Positions 1 through 14,387 of a stretch of 64,000 nucleotides of DNA are shown piece after piece. The stretch is from Puccinia triticina (Eukaryota): contig CP110440.1 in the NCBI GenBank assembly GCA_026914245.1, positions 1,426,001 through 1,490,000 on the forward strand, written 5' to 3'. A program made the position numbers and the translations under genes. Within the stretch, counting starts at the first letter, position 1; every line of letters begins with the position of its first letter. The notes below the pieces were generated by a model. That model was given only the letters and a program-made list of their open reading frames with translations. It had not been told where the DNA came from and searched no databases.

Positions 1-447
1 TTCTCCAGCTGACAGACAGCGCAAATCGTCCGGTCTTGTTTCTTCATTTTCAAGCTTGAGATGGTGTAGGATGAAGTGAGTCAAGCTGGATGAATTTTGT
101 ACATGGCCAAACTTAATCCCTTGAGACTTCGGGGCCTGTGGCCCGAGGTGCGGGGCGGGGTATGATGTCCATCCCGAACCCCATGCCCCGGAAAGGCCCC
201 GGGGCACCACACAAAGCCCTGGGTATACCTTGTTGTTTCTTGATTTTCTTCTGATGGAGCAGAGGCAATTGGGGAACATACCCTTTCACACCTCTCAGTG
301 CTATCTTGAGACCTTGTGGTGTGGAAAGTTCTGTGGGTCAGACCACCTACTCTGCTCAAATTCCAGGGTTTGAGTGTATTTAAAGATTTTTTCTGGAGTG
401 GAAGGTGTTTTTCAAAACAACTCAAGGATATTGTACAGGCATAAGCT

Positions 448-680
448 CAATGCTGGGTCAGATACACTATCATTAGCAATAGTGCAGCGTAGCATAGCTT
501 AATAACACTAAAAACAACAGGATTTCCTGTTAGCTGTTAGTGGTATTACACTAGCGCTAACTCGCGGAGAACAGAAACTACGCCTGTTATGAGGTTTTAT
601 TCCTCTTTTTAGCGGGGTTTTCCGCTAAAAGCAGCATAATGTAGCGTAGTAATAGTGTAGCACCACTAACAGGATTCACA
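448..680. mobile_element. Degenerate MITE of the (TAGCG/CGCTA)n family
   Basis: Starts CAATGCTGGGTC and contains TAGCG repeats and TTTTAGCGGGGTTTTCCGCTAAAAGC, resembling the intact copies at 29643 and 48205. Right end not identifiable. Confidence 0.4.
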
Positions 681-949
681 GCCCACACACTCATAGTTTG
701 AGGGGCTGTGGATCCAGGCAGCTTCCTCATCCTGCAATCTCCCATTATAGGATCTAGAACCCCCAGAACCCCAGACCCCAGACTCCTTCTTCCTCTCCTC
801 AGACCAGACCTTAGCATCTTCAAACTCAGTCATTTTATTTAAAAAAAAGAGTAATATGGCAAGGAATTATACTAGAGTTTTGAATCTTTCCCCCACCAAA
901 ACTCAAATTCTTGGCTCACCACAAAGGGGCAATTACATGCAAGTCCCTC

Positions 950-1210
950 ATGCCAAGCGGTCTGTAACAGTCATCAAGGGCAGTCATACCTCTTAATGAC
1001 TGGTACAGACTTGCATTGAGTGGATTAACATCTCTTCTTGATGCCAGTCTGTACCGGTAATCTAGGGGACTCACACCTCTCAATGACCAGTACAGACCAT
1101 CATTGAGCAGATTCACACCTCCTCTCAATGACTAGTCTAGGGGAGTCACACCTCTCAATTGCCAGTCTGTACTGGTCATTGAGGGGACTCACACCTCCTC
1201 TTGATGACTG
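950..1210. repeat. Degenerate ~40-46 bp hairpin minisatellite (GACCGGTCA / GAGG..CCTC type)
   Basis: Repeated units like TGACTGGTACAGAC..TCATTGAG..CTCACACCTCTCAATGA. Same motif family as 37936-38116. Confidence 0.6.
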
Positions 1211-2015
1211 TTCTTTTCAAGTTGTCAAGGGGGGTAATACTACATCCTGTTCATTGAGTGGGGTGTGTGCACCACGTGGTGCCTTTCTGGAAATGTGCTA
1301 CATTCCATGGATTTTTCTGGTTGAGAAACATCCAGAAGATCTAAAGTGTGTTGAGATAGTGTATTAGCATTTCCTCATGCACATGCTTCTAATCTACACA
1401 CCCACAACTTAGCCTATATTGTACATGTATATAGTCTAGTTGTTTCCCCTCACTGTGATCCTCACTGAATGATGATTATACTTTGACTCATTGTGCTCTG
1501 ACTTTGTCCTTGACATCTTGTCAAACTTCTCTTAGTCTTGTGTCACCCAAGTTACCCTGAACAAAGTGCACTGAGAATCACTTGGACACTTCCTCAAGTG
1601 TCCAAGTGATGCTTGGCACTTGAAAATTTTAGTTAGAATTCTGCCTCATGCCCAGAAGAGGGCTTATTTCTGTTGTTGTTCTTTTCCTTTCCAGAGGGTT
1701 CCATAGCCAACTAGGCCCCCTCTCTAGGCCCCTTGCCTTAGTTGTATTTCCTCTGCTCCCTCATGAAATACACCCGCACTTAGTTCCAAGCCTATAGTAG
1801 CCAGACTTGCTCCATTGGAGACTTCTGTCCTGCTGTTCTGAGTCCCTGAGCATCCTGTGCTCTTGATCTTTCCAGCTCATCTCTTCTCAGTCTTGGGCCT
1901 CTGGCCATATTTTCTTCAATTTCAACTAGAAATCAAAAAACACCATCCAGTGGACACTCTGGAGCAAGAGTGTAAAAAGGTGCTACCATCTGTTGGCCGC
2001 TTCAGCCAGAGTTTC

Positions 2016-2713
2016 TGTGAACCTGAGTCTCTATAGTGACTACAGGACACAAGAAAATGGGGGGCAATATTTGGATTTCTTTGGATAAAGAAAATACAAA
2101 TATAAAGAGAGAGAGAGAAAGAGAGAGAAACTGAGCAGGATCAAGATAAGCAAATGTTCAAGGTTATTCTAGTGGAAATGCACGTCCACTTGCAATGCTA
2201 ACTCTTCAGAAGAGTGCTGCCAAGCTGTGCTAGAGAGTGCTACAGCCTCCTCTCACCAAAGAAACGTGGAGGGATCCTGGATTAGATAATTTTAATCCAG
2301 CCACAATTTTTTAGCTTCCTTCTGGATAGTCAAGGTTCTTTAAAGGGAAACCTATGTGGTTTGTTTCTTGCAAAAACCGCAGAAAAAGAATGCAGATATG
2401 AAGGGACAGCCCTGTGATCAAGAAGAGGCAAAGGCCAGCAGATATGGAGGGACAGCCCTGTGATCAAGAAGAGGCAAAGGCCAGCAGAAAAGAGCAGATC
2501 AAGCAAGACACAGAGTTGTACCTCTGAGATAAACAAGGTTCAGTGAAAGAGGTTTTACTGTCAATATCCTAGGCGCCTGTGATGGTAGGTATACTAGGAG
2601 TGTTGTAAACTCTTTGGTGGTGATCCTGGGGTTATCTGGGGTGTAGTTCTGGTGTGCTGAAGTCTGTGTATCCGCCTCAGGCAAGGGGGATCCAGACTAC
2701 GAAAATTTTCACA
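2016..2713. mobile_element. Probable solo LTR
   Basis: TGTGAA...TTCACA termini; flanks GTTTC/GTTTG (4 of 5 match as TSD); internal tandem duplication near 2400-2490. Confidence 0.5.
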
Positions 2714-4650
2714 GTTTGCTTATGTAATTTACATATGTACATGTGGTTTGGCGCGCCTGGTAGCGCTGACACATCACAACTGCGCATGCGCGCCACAATT
2801 CAATAACTCAGGGAAGGAATGTAGTTACAAAGAATTGGTAAGTTGTAACTAGGGTTAAAATTGCATGAGGAAACAGAATATGAAGTCAAAACAGGTTTAT
2901 TTCATAAGATGAAAAAGATATGAAGTAATTCATATGTAAAAGTAGAAAAAGGCAGACTTTAGGTCAGCTGAGTTGACTCTAAGGCTGACAGTTTCCAAGG
3001 GACAAAAAAACCTCTGTCCATCAGACACTCTGGCAGGAATTTCCAAAGTATGTTTGGGCAGAAGTGTCCACCACTGCAAAAAAACTTTGTCAACTGTGAG
3101 CAGTTGACATGCGGTAACTCTGAGGAAGCTTGTGGTGTTACGCCAGCCTTACTCAAGGTTTAAAACGTTCAACGCAACCCAAGCTTCAATGCACAGTGAC
3201 TGTACCAACATCACTTGTTCATTCAGGTAGAGTTACAATGGCAGCTTGGCTTGATTATCTTGCATGTCAACTGCAAGCAGTTGACCTTGTTTTTTTTTCT
3301 TTGCAGTGCACTGTCTCAATTTAGGGTGTGTGTGTGCAGCTATCCATGTGATGGAGTAGCTGGTAAAGACTCTGTCCCCCTCAGTCCCCGCATACCTTTG
3401 ATGTTGGGTGTTCAATTCCTGGGCTGCCCCAGAACTGCAACCCCCCTCCTCCCCCTCCTTGTGTGCTTGTCCTGGCCATGTCCACCCAAAAGTCACATTT
3501 TCAGCCACAGAGTACATTTCACAGTACCCTACACATACCATGTGCCTGCAATTGTGTAAATTACACATAGTACATTCTTTTACATCCTTATTCATATACA
3601 TTATTAGATATAAGCTTAATAATTTACTCTTGTTATACATTACATTAAATATAATCACAGTTAAATAAAGTTACCCTGATTTAATTTTGTTATAAGATTC
3701 AAGTTATGTGTAACAGTAATATTACAGTATACCTTAGTATTACTGTATAAGTGAAATTCCCCTTAACCAAGTATCACTCAGGTATCCCAGTTATGCCTCA
3801 TTCCCTTTACGCATAAACTATTGATTATGATACAAGTACATAAACAATATATGATGTGATATAGTTCAAATAGGAATGGAATCAATGTTACAATGATCAA
3901 CTAGTTTACACAGATCCAGATCTAGTGTTTCATCAAGGGCATTTCAAAGCGGGCCAAGGGCTGGGGGTCTGGCATTTACCCACTTAAACCAGCAAGGGGA
4001 AAGCGGTACCAAGGTACTGCACTTCTTTTTCCAAGAAAGCAGGCACCAGGCACTGCATCTGGTACCGCCAAATGGGTACTGGTTGACATTCTTTATGCTA
4101 CCCTCATCTTTACAGATCAGATCCTCTGATTAGATGAAACAGATCTCTCCCTCCTAACTTCTTATCAACTCTAGTAGAAAGCGGCCTTGCATCTCCTTTT
4201 AGGTAAAAATCTAGTTCTACAGAGTCTTGTGTATAAGAGTTGTAATTCTATACAAGTATTGCCCACCAAGAAGGGAGTCTTTCCTCCCCAATGAACAGCC
4301 TACAGACCAGCCATCAATAATGAAAAGCTCACTTGTCAATGTCCAATGTGAAATGTCAAGATCAAGAAGGGAGAACGTCTCACTATCCCCTCCTCAAGGG
4401 CACATTGTTCTTGCCTTTTGAGGCAGAGAGAAGGACGGGGTCTGATGACTGTGCAGTATGCATTCCAAGTCACAGATCCCCAGAGCTTGATCTCGGCCAA
4501 GCGGTAATTGGCTGTGTGCCAAGCTCTGCCCAATCAAGCCCGCTGGGAACATACCAAACCCCCAGAGGCACTCGGCCAAGCAGGAGTTTGGTATGTGCCC
4601 AGACGCGCTTGCAACACCATATAATTTTCCCCACCTGTTTTATTAATTCA

Positions 4651-5528
4651 TAGAGATGGCCCCAGAGAACCCATTGCAGGTACCTGAAATTCCCTGGAGG
4701 GTACCCGGTGGCTATCAGGGGGTACCCGTCAGCAGATGTGGGTGCTTGACATTCTGCAAATATTGGCCAGGTACCCGGGTACCCACCAATCATCAGTCTC
4801 AATGACTGGTCCATGATCATTCAAAGAACTTCATGACCCTCTCCATGAACGGGTGACCAGTCACCAAGGAGTACACATATTGTATCTCCCAATGACCAGT
4901 TTGACCAGTCATCCCGGAGGGACAAACCCTCAATGTCCGGTCAACCGGTCATCAAGAGGTATCATACCCCTCTGGATGACTGGTCAAACCAGTCATCCAG
5001 ATCAGGGAGTACACAATCTTTCAATGACTGGTGTGAATTTTCATCTGGAGGACTTCACCCTCTTGACGACCAGTCAAACTGGTCATCAAGAGGTCTGATA
5101 TTGTTTGTCAATGATTGGTCTGACCGGTCATCAAGAGGGATATGTACACGCCCCTTTGATGACCGGTCAACCAGCCATTGTGAGGAATAAGCACAATCAT
5201 ACAAACTGATGACCAATCAAGCGGTCATTGAGAGAGAGGAACCTCCAGATGACCAGTTCAACTGGTAATTGGGAGGACTTCACCCTCTCAATGACTGGTT
5301 GACCAGTCACCAAGCAATAGTATGATGTCTCTCAATGACCAGTCAAACCGGTCATTGAGAGACTGTGCAACACCCCTTCCCCTCCATGACTGGAAATTGA
5401 AGGGCTATTAAGTGGCAGGTACCTGCAGGTACCTTCTCTGAATGCCCCAGGTGGTGCAGGTGCGGGTGCGGGTGTCCAATTTCTGGCAAAAAAGTCGGGG
5501 GTACCCGGGTCAACAGGGGCCATCTCCA
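4651..5528. mobile_element. Non-autonomous hAT element (hAT-1)
   Basis: TIRs TAGAGATGGCCCC (4651) / GGGGCCATCTCCA (5516-5528). 8-bp TSD TTAATTCA at 4643-4650; the right copy is restored when hAT-2 is removed. Subterminal GGGTACCCG repeats; internal hairpin minisatellite at ~4790-5360. Confidence 0.8.
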
Positions 5529-6182
5529 TTAATTCTAGAGATGGTCACTTTGCACCCGCTGCGGGTATCCGCTATCCGCTGGGCCCTGTGGGTATCCACC
5601 TGCGGATGCGGATGTCTAAGATCCTGTGAAAATCTAGCAGATACCCGGGTAGCTAACACTACAAACATGGATGAATTTGGGATGGCATATATTGATCAAT
5701 ATGGCATATATTGATCAAATTATATTGATCATTTTTTTTTTTTTTTGAAATTTCTCTTTATTTTGGTTCCTTCCTGCAACATCATAACCCTTCTATAATC
5801 TCTCTTTCTCTTGATTTCCTCCTTTCTTAGTTTTCAACCATAGTAAAAGCTTCATTTTGTTGCCAGATCAAATAGGTCATTTTTACATACTCATATGAAT
5901 TATTCCTGAGAAAAAATAGTCTGTAAAGTCAGGCAGGGAGGGGAAGGGGGGAGGAGGAATGGGGAGGCATGAATTATTGTCACTTGAACCTTGCAGAAGT
6001 GTTGAAATCTACTTTCCAAAAAAAAAAAAAAAAAAAAAACAATCAGTCTCAATATATCATGCTACATCAATTTTGTTCAAATTTAATGGCTTGTATATAT
6101 GACTCATCATATCCAATATCCTAAATTTCTACTAGGCCTGAGATTGATTCAAAGTTTGTACCAGATTTGAGTAAGGTGTCTT

Positions 6183-9100
6183 ATATCATGGAAGAACTCC
6201 CACGCTGCGCTAAGATATAGTGGGAGAAACAGCAGGAAACTACCAAATCAGTGATATTTGGCAACTGATCACATTGTGGTTGTTACATTTGGAGGTTTTG
6301 AGGTCATTCAAGGTACACCATGATCCGTTGAGGCCATTTGATCATTTTTGTACCAATATAATGGAAGAACTCCCATGCTGCGCTGAGATATAGTGGCAGA
6401 AACACCAAGAAACTACCAAATTAGTGATTATTTGGCAACTGATCACATTGTGGCGGCACCATTTGGGGGGTTTGTGTTCATTCAAGGTACAAATTGAGAC
6501 TTTGAGGGCATGTGAACATTTTGATACCAATATCATGGAAGAACTCCCACGCTGCGCTGAGATATAGTGGCAGAAACACCAAGAAACTACCAAATTAGTG
6601 ATTATTTGGCAACTGATCACATTGTGACTGCACCATTTGGGGGGTTTGTGTTCATTCAAGGTACAAAATGAATCTCTGAGGGCATGTGACCATTTTGGTA
6701 CCAATATCATGGAAGAACTCCCACGCTGCGCTGAGATATAGTGGCAGAAACACCAAGAAACAACCAAATTAGTGATTATTTGGCAACTGATCACATTGTG
6801 GCGGCACCATTTGGGGGGTTTGTGTTCATTCAAGGTACAAATTGAGACTTTGAGGGCATGTGAACATTTTGATACCAATATCATGGAAGAACTCCCACGC
6901 TGCGCTGAGATATAGTGGCAGAAACACCAAGGAACTACCAAATTAGTGATTATTTGGCAACTGATCACATTGTGACTGCACCATTTGGGGGGTTTGTGTT
7001 CATTCAAGGTACACCATGATCCGTTGAGGCCATTTGATCATTTTTGTACCAATATCATGGAAGAACTCCCACGCTGCGCTGAGATATAGTGGCAGAAACA
7101 CCAAGAAACTACCAAATTAGTGATTATTTGGCAACTGATCACATTGTGGCGGCACCATTTGGGGGGTTTGTGTTCATTCAAGGTACAAATTGAGACTTTG
7201 AGGGCATGTGAACATTTTGATACCAATATCATGGAAGAACTCCCACGCTGCGCTGAGATATAGTGGCAGAAACACCAAGAAACTACCAAATTAGTCATAT
7301 TTGGCAACCAATCACATTGTAGCTGCTAAATTTGGGGGTTTTGTGGTCATTGAAGGTACAAAGTGAATCTTGAAGGGCATGTGGAAATTTTGGTACCAAT
7401 ATCATGGAAGAACTCCCAGGATGCGTTGAGATATATTGGGAGGAACACCAGGAAACTACAAAATTAGTGATATTTGCCAACAGATCACATTGTAGCTGCT
7501 ACATTTGGGGGTTTTGTGGTCGTTCAAGGTACAAATTGAGACTTTGAGGGCATGTGAACATTTTGATACCAATATCATGGAAGAACTCCCACGCTGCGCT
7601 GAGATATAGTGGCAGAAACACCAAGAAACTACCAAATTAGTGATTATTTGGCAACTGATCACATTGTGGCGGCACCATTTGGGGGGTTTGTGTTCATTCA
7701 AGGTACAAATTGAGACTTTGAGGGCATGTGAACATTTTGATACCAATATCATGGAAGAACTCCCACGCTGCGCTGAGATATAGTGGCAGAAACACCAAGA
7801 AACTACCAAATTAGTGATTGTTTGGCAACTGATCACATTGTGACTGCACCATTTGGGGGGTTTGTGTTCATTCAAGGTACAAAATGAATCTCTGAGGGCA
7901 TGTGACCATTTTGGTACCAATATCATGGAAGAACTCCCACGCTGCGCTGAGATATAGTGGCAGAAACACCAAGAAACTACCAAATTAGTGATTATTTGGC
8001 AACTGATCACATTGTTGCGGCACCATTTGGGGGATTTGTGTTCATTCAAGGTACAAATTGAGACTTTGAGGGCATGTGAACATTTTGATACCAATATCAT
8101 GGAAGAATTCCCACGCTGCGCTGAGATATAGTGGCGAAAACACCAAGAAACTACCAAATTAGTGATATTTGGCAACTGATCACATTGTGGCTGCTACATT
8201 TGGGGGTTTTGTGGTCATTCAAGGGACGGATTGAGACTTTGAGGGCATGTGAACATTTTGATACCAATATCATGGAAGAATTCCCACGCTGCGCTGAGAT
8301 ATAGTGGCAGAAACACCAAGAAGCTACCAAATTAGTGATATTTGGCAACTGATCACATTGTGGCTGCTTCATTTGGGGGGTTTGTGGGCATACAATGAAT
8401 CTCTGAGGGCATGTGAACATTTTGGTACCAATATAATGTAGGAACTCCCATGCTGCGCTGAGATATAGTGGCAGAAACACCAAAAAACTACCAAATTAGT
8501 GATATTTGGCGACTGATCACATTGTGACTGCTACATTTGGGGGGTTTGTGGTCATTCAAGGTACAAAATAAATCCCTGAGGGCATGTGAGCATTTTGGTA
8601 CCAATATCATGTAAGAACTCCCACGCTGCGCTGAGATATAGTGGCAGAAACACCAAGAAACTACCAAATTAGTGATATTTGGCAACTGATCACATTGTGG
8701 CTGCTACATTTGGGGGTTTTGTGGTCATTCAAGGTACACCATGAATATTTGAGGGCATGTGAACATTTTGGTACAAATTTCAAGGAAGAACTTCCACGCT
8801 GTGCTGAGATATAGTGGCGGAAACACCAAGAAACCACCAAATTAGTGATATTTGGCAACTGATCACATTGTGGCTGCTACATTTGGGGTTTTTGTGGTCA
8901 TTCAAGGTACACCATGAATATTTGAGGGCATGTGAACATTTTGGTACAAATGTCAAGGAAGAACTTCCACGCTGTGCTGAGATATAGTGGCGGAAACACC
9001 AAGAAACCACCAAATTAGTGATATTTGGCAACTGATCACATGGTGGCTGCTACATTTGGGGGTTTTGTGGTCATTCAAGGTACAAAATGAATCTCTGAGG

Positions 9101-10700
9101 GCATGTGAACATTTGATCATTTTTTTACCAATATCATGGAAGAACTCCCATGCTGGACTGAGATATAGTGGCAGAAACACACAGAAACTACCAAATAAGT
9201 GATATTTGGCAACTGATCACATTGTGGCTGCTACATTTGCGGGTTTTGTGGTCATTCAAGGTACAGAATGAATGTTTGACCGCATTTGATCAATTTGGTA
9301 CCAATATCATGGAAGAACTCCCACGCTGCGCTGAGATATAGTGGCAGAAACACCAAGAAACCACCAAATTAGTCATATTTGGCAACTGATGACATTGTGG
9401 CTGCTACATTTGGAGGTTTTGAGGTCATTCAAGGTACACAATGAATCTTTGAGGGAATCTGAACATTTTGATACCAATGTCATGGAAGAATTCCCACGCT
9501 GCGCTGAGATATAGTGGCGAAAACACCAAGAAACTACCAAATTAGTCATATTTGGCAACTGATCACATTGTGGCTGCTACATTTGGGGGTTTTGTGGTCA
9601 TTCAACGTACACCATGAATCTTTGAGGGCATGTGAACATTCTATTACCAATATCATGGAAGAAATCTCACGCTGCACTGAGATATAGTGGGAGAAACACC
9701 AAGAAACTACCAAATTAGTGATATTTGGCAACTGACCACATTGTGGCTGCTACATTTGGGGGTTTTGTGGTGATTCAAGGTACACAAAGAATCTTTGACC
9801 GCATTTAATCATTTTGGTACCAATATCATGGAAGAAATCCCACACTGCACTGAGATTTAGTGGCAGAAACACCAAGAAACTACCAAATTAGTCATATTTG
9901 GCAACTGATCACATGGTGGCTGCTACATTTGGGGGTTTTGTGGTCATTCAAGGCACACAATGAATCTTTGAGGGCATGTGAATATTTTGGTACCAATATC
10001 ATGGAAGAACTCCCACGCTGCGCTGAGATATAGTGGCCAAAACACCAAGAAACTACCAAATTAGTCATATTTGGCAACTGATCACATTGTGGCTGCTACA
10101 TTTGGCGGTTTTGTGGTCATTCAATGTACACCATGAATCTTTGAGCGCATGTGAACATTTTATTACCAATATCATGGATGAAATCTCACGCTGCACTGAG
10201 ATATAGTGGCAGATACACCAAGAAACCAACAAATTAGTCATATTTGGCAACTGATCACATTGTGGCTGCTACATTTGGACGTTTTGAGGTCATTCAAGGT
10301 ACACCATGATCCCTTGAGGCCATTCCATCATTCTACCAATATCATGGAAGAACTCCCATGCTGCGCTGAGATATAGTGGCGGAAACACCAAGAAACTACC
10401 AAATTAGTCATATTTGGCAACTGATCACATTGTGGCTGCTACATTTGGAGGTTTTGAGGTCATTCACGGTACACAATGAATATTCGAGGGCATGTGAAAA
10501 TTTTGGTACCAATATCATGGAAGAACTCCCACGCTGCGCTGAGATATAGTGGGAGAAACACCAGGAAACTACCAAATTAGTGATAGTTGGGAACCGGTCA
10601 CATTGTAGCTGCTAAATTTGGAGGTTTTGTGGTCATTCAAGTCACACAACAAATCTGCGAGGGCATTGGATCATTCTGGTACCAATATCATGGAATAACT
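6183..10700 (+). repeat. Tandem array of 173/174-bp satellite units (roughly 26 copies), left arm
   Basis: Unit core ACCAATATCATGGAAGAACTCCCACGCTGCGCTGAGATATAGTGGCAGAAACACCAAGAAACTACCAAATTAGTG. The period shows in ORF starts 8488/8661 and 9373/9546. Confidence 0.95.
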
Positions 10701-10939
10701 CCTGGCTTAATCCTCAAACTTGCAATGTCTTTTTTTCAGCAAGAAAAGAATGGTGTGTGTCGCATTGATGTTATCAGAAGTCTTCCATAAATTCCAAATC
10801 TACTTTATTTCAAAAATGGAAAATCATCGACCCCTCACCTCTCTCATGATACCATCCTTCAAGAATTTTTAAAGATATTCCATATCATCTTTGATATGCT
10901 GCATGCATACAAGGCCTTTTGAAACTAATTTGCCATGGA

Positions 10940-13900
10940 AATGATCAAATACCCTCAAAGACTCATTTTTTACCTTGAATGACCATGAAAACCCCAAATG
11001 TAGCAGCTACAATGTGATCTGTTGCCAAATATCACTAATTTGGTAGTTTCCTGGTGTTTCTCCCACTATATCTCAGCGCAGCGTGGGAGTTCTTCCATGA
11101 TATTGGTACCAAAATGATCTGATGTCCCTAAAGATTCATTGTGTACCTTGAATGACCACAAAACCCCCAAATATAGCAGCCACAATGTTATCCGTTGCCA
11201 AATATGACTAATTTGGTAGTTTCTTGGTGTTTCTGAAACTATATCTCAGCCCACCGTGGTATTTCTTCTATGATATTGGCACCAAAATTTCCAAATGCCC
11301 TCAAAGATTCAATGTGTACCTTCAATAACCACAAAAACCCCAAATGTAGCAGCTAAAAAGTGATTGGTTGCCAAATACCACTGATTTGATAGTTCCTTGG
11401 TGTTTCTGCCACTATATCTCAGCACAGCGTGGGAGTTCTTCCATTATATTGGTACTGAAATGATCAAATGGCCTCAACGGATCATGGTGTACCTTGAGTG
11501 ATCTCAAAACGGCAAAATGTAGCACCACAATGTGATCAGTTGCCAAATATCACTAATTTGGTAGTTTCTTGGTGTTTCCGCCACTATATCCCAGCGCAGC
11601 GTGGGGGTTCTTCCATGATATTGGTAGCAAAACGTTCACATGCCCTCAAAGACTCATTGTGTGCCTTGAATGACCACAAAACCCCCAAATGTAGCAGCCA
11701 CCATGTGATCAGTTGCGAAATATCACTAATTTGGTAGTTTCTTGGTGTTTCTGCCACTAAATCTCAGTCCAGCATGAGAGTTCTTCCATGATATTGGTAA
11801 AAAAATGATCAAATGGCCTCAAGGGATCATGGTGTACCTTGAGTGACCTCAAAACGGCCAAATGTAGCACCACAATGTGATCAGTTGCCAAATGTCTCTA
11901 ATTTGGTAGTTTCTTGGTGTTTCCGCCGCTATATCTCAAAGCAGCATGGGAGTTCTTCCATCATATTGGTACAAAAATGATCAAATGGCCTCAGGCATTC
12001 ATTGTGTACCTTGAATAACCACAAAACCGCCAAATGTAGCAGCCACCATGTGATCAGTTGCGAAATATCACTAATTTGGTAGTTTCTTGGTGTTTCTGCC
12101 ACTAAATCTCAGTGCAGCGTGGGATTTTTCCATGATATTGGTACCAGAATGATCACATGCCCTCAAGAAATTCACGGTGTACCTTGAATGATCACAAAAC
12201 CCCCAAATGTAGCAGCCACAATGTGATCAGTTGCCAAATATCACTACTTTGGTAGTTTCTTGGTGTTTCTGCCACTATATCTCAGCGCAGCATGGGAGTT
12301 CTTCCATGATATTGGTTCAAAAATGTTAACATTTCCTCAGAGATTCATTGTGTACCTGGAATGACCACAAACCCCCCAAATGTAGCAGCCACAATGTGAT
12401 CAGTTGCCAAGTATCACTAATTTGGTAGTTTCTTGGTGTTTCTGCCACTATATCTCAGCGCAGCGTGGGAGTTCTTCCATGATATTGGTACCAAAATGTT
12501 CGCATGCCCTCAAAGATTCATTGAGTACCTTGAATGACCACAAAACCCCCAAATCAAGCAGCCACAATGTGAACAGTTGCCAAATATCACTAATTTGGTA
12601 GTTTCTTGGTGTTTCTGCCACTATATCTCAGCGCAGCATGGGAGTTCTTCCATGATATTGGTACCAAGCTTTCATATGCCCTCAAATATTCATTGTGTAC
12701 CTTGAATGACCTCATAACAGCCAAATGTAGCAGCCACAATGTGATCAGTTGCCAAATATGACTAATTTGGTAGTTTCTTGGTGTTTCCGCCACTATATCT
12801 CAGTGCAGCATGGGAGTTCTTCCATGATATTGGTACAAGAATGATCAAATGGCCTCAAGGGATCATGGTGTACCTTGAATGACCACAAAACCCCCAAATG
12901 TAGCAGCCACAATGTGGTCAGTTGCCAAATATCAGTAATTTGGTAGTTTCTTGGTGTTTCTCCCACTTTATCTCAGTGCAGCGCAGGATTTCTTCCATGA
13001 TGTTGGTAATAAAATGTTCACATGCCCTCAAAGATTTGTGGTGTACCTTGAATGACCACAAAACCCCCAAATGTAGCAGCCTCAATGTCATCAGTTGCCA
13101 AATATGACTAATTTGGTGCTTTCTTGGTGTTTCTGCCGCTATAGCTCAGCGCAGCGTGGAATTTCTTCCATGATATTGGCACCAAAATGTTCACATTCCC
13201 TCAAAGATTCATTGTGTACCTTGAATGACCTCAAAACCTCCAAACGTAGCAGCCACAATGTCATCAGTTGCCAAATATGACTAATTTGGCGGTTTCTTGG
13301 TGTTTCTGCCACTATATCTCAGCACAGCGTGGGATTTCTTCCATGATATTGGTACCAAAATGATCAAATGCGGTCAAAGATTCATTGTGTACCCTGAATG
13401 ACCACAAAACCCCCAAATGTAGCAGCCACAATGTCATCAGTTGCCAAATGTCACTAATGTGGTAGTTTGTTGGTGTTTCTCCCACTATATCTCAGTGCAG
13501 CTTGGGATTTCTTCCATGATATTGGTAATGAAGAGTTCAAATGCCCTCGAAGATTCATTGTGTACCTTGAATGACCACAAAACCCCCAAATGTAGCAGCC
13601 ACAATGTGATCAGTTGCGAAATATCACTAATTTGGTAGTTTCCTGGTGTCTCTCCCACTATATCCCAGCGCAGCATGGGAGTTCTTCCATGATATTTGTA
13701 CCAAAATATTCGCATGCCCTCAACGAGTCATTGAGTACCTTGAATGACCACAAAACCCCCAAATGTAGCAGCCACAATGTGATCAGTTGCCAAATATCAA
13801 TAATTTGGTAGTTTCTTGGTGTTTCTGCCGCTATATCTCAGTGCAGCATGGGAGTTCTTCCATGATATTGGTACAAAAATGATCAAATGGCCTCAAGAGA

Positions 13901-14387
13901 TCATGGTGTACCTTGAATGACCTCAAAACCTCCAAATGTAGCAGCCACAATGTCATCAGTTGCCAAATATTACTAATTTGGTGGTTTCTTGGTGTATCTG
14001 CCACTATATCTCAGTGCAGTGTGTGAGTTCTTCCATGATATTGGTACCAAAATGTTCACATGCCCTCAAAGATTCATTGTGTACCTTGAATGACCACAAA
14101 ACCCCCAAATGTAGCAGCTACAATGTGATTGGTTGCCAAATATCACTAATTGGGTAGTTTCTTGGTGTTTCTGCCACAATATCTCAGCGCAGCGTGGGAG
14201 TTCGTCCATAATATTGGTACAACAATGATCAAATGCCCTCAACGGATAATGGTGTACCTTGAATGAACTCAAAACCTCCGAATGTAACAACCACAATGTG
14301 ATCAGTTGCCAAATATCACTGATTTGGTAGTTTCCTGGTGTTTCTCCCACTATATCTCAGTGCAGCGTGGGAGTTCTTCCATGATAT
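10940..14387 (-). repeat. Tandem array of the same 173-bp unit in inverted orientation (roughly 20 copies), right arm
   Basis: Reverse complement of the left-arm unit; period 173 (ORF starts 12922/13095, 13441/13614). Confidence 0.95.

Noticed and set aside
6342..14350. Many repeated Cys/His-rich ORFs (up to 239 aa) on both strands
   Set aside because: By-products of the 173/174-bp satellite. Long frames occur only where the unit is 174 bp, a multiple of 3.
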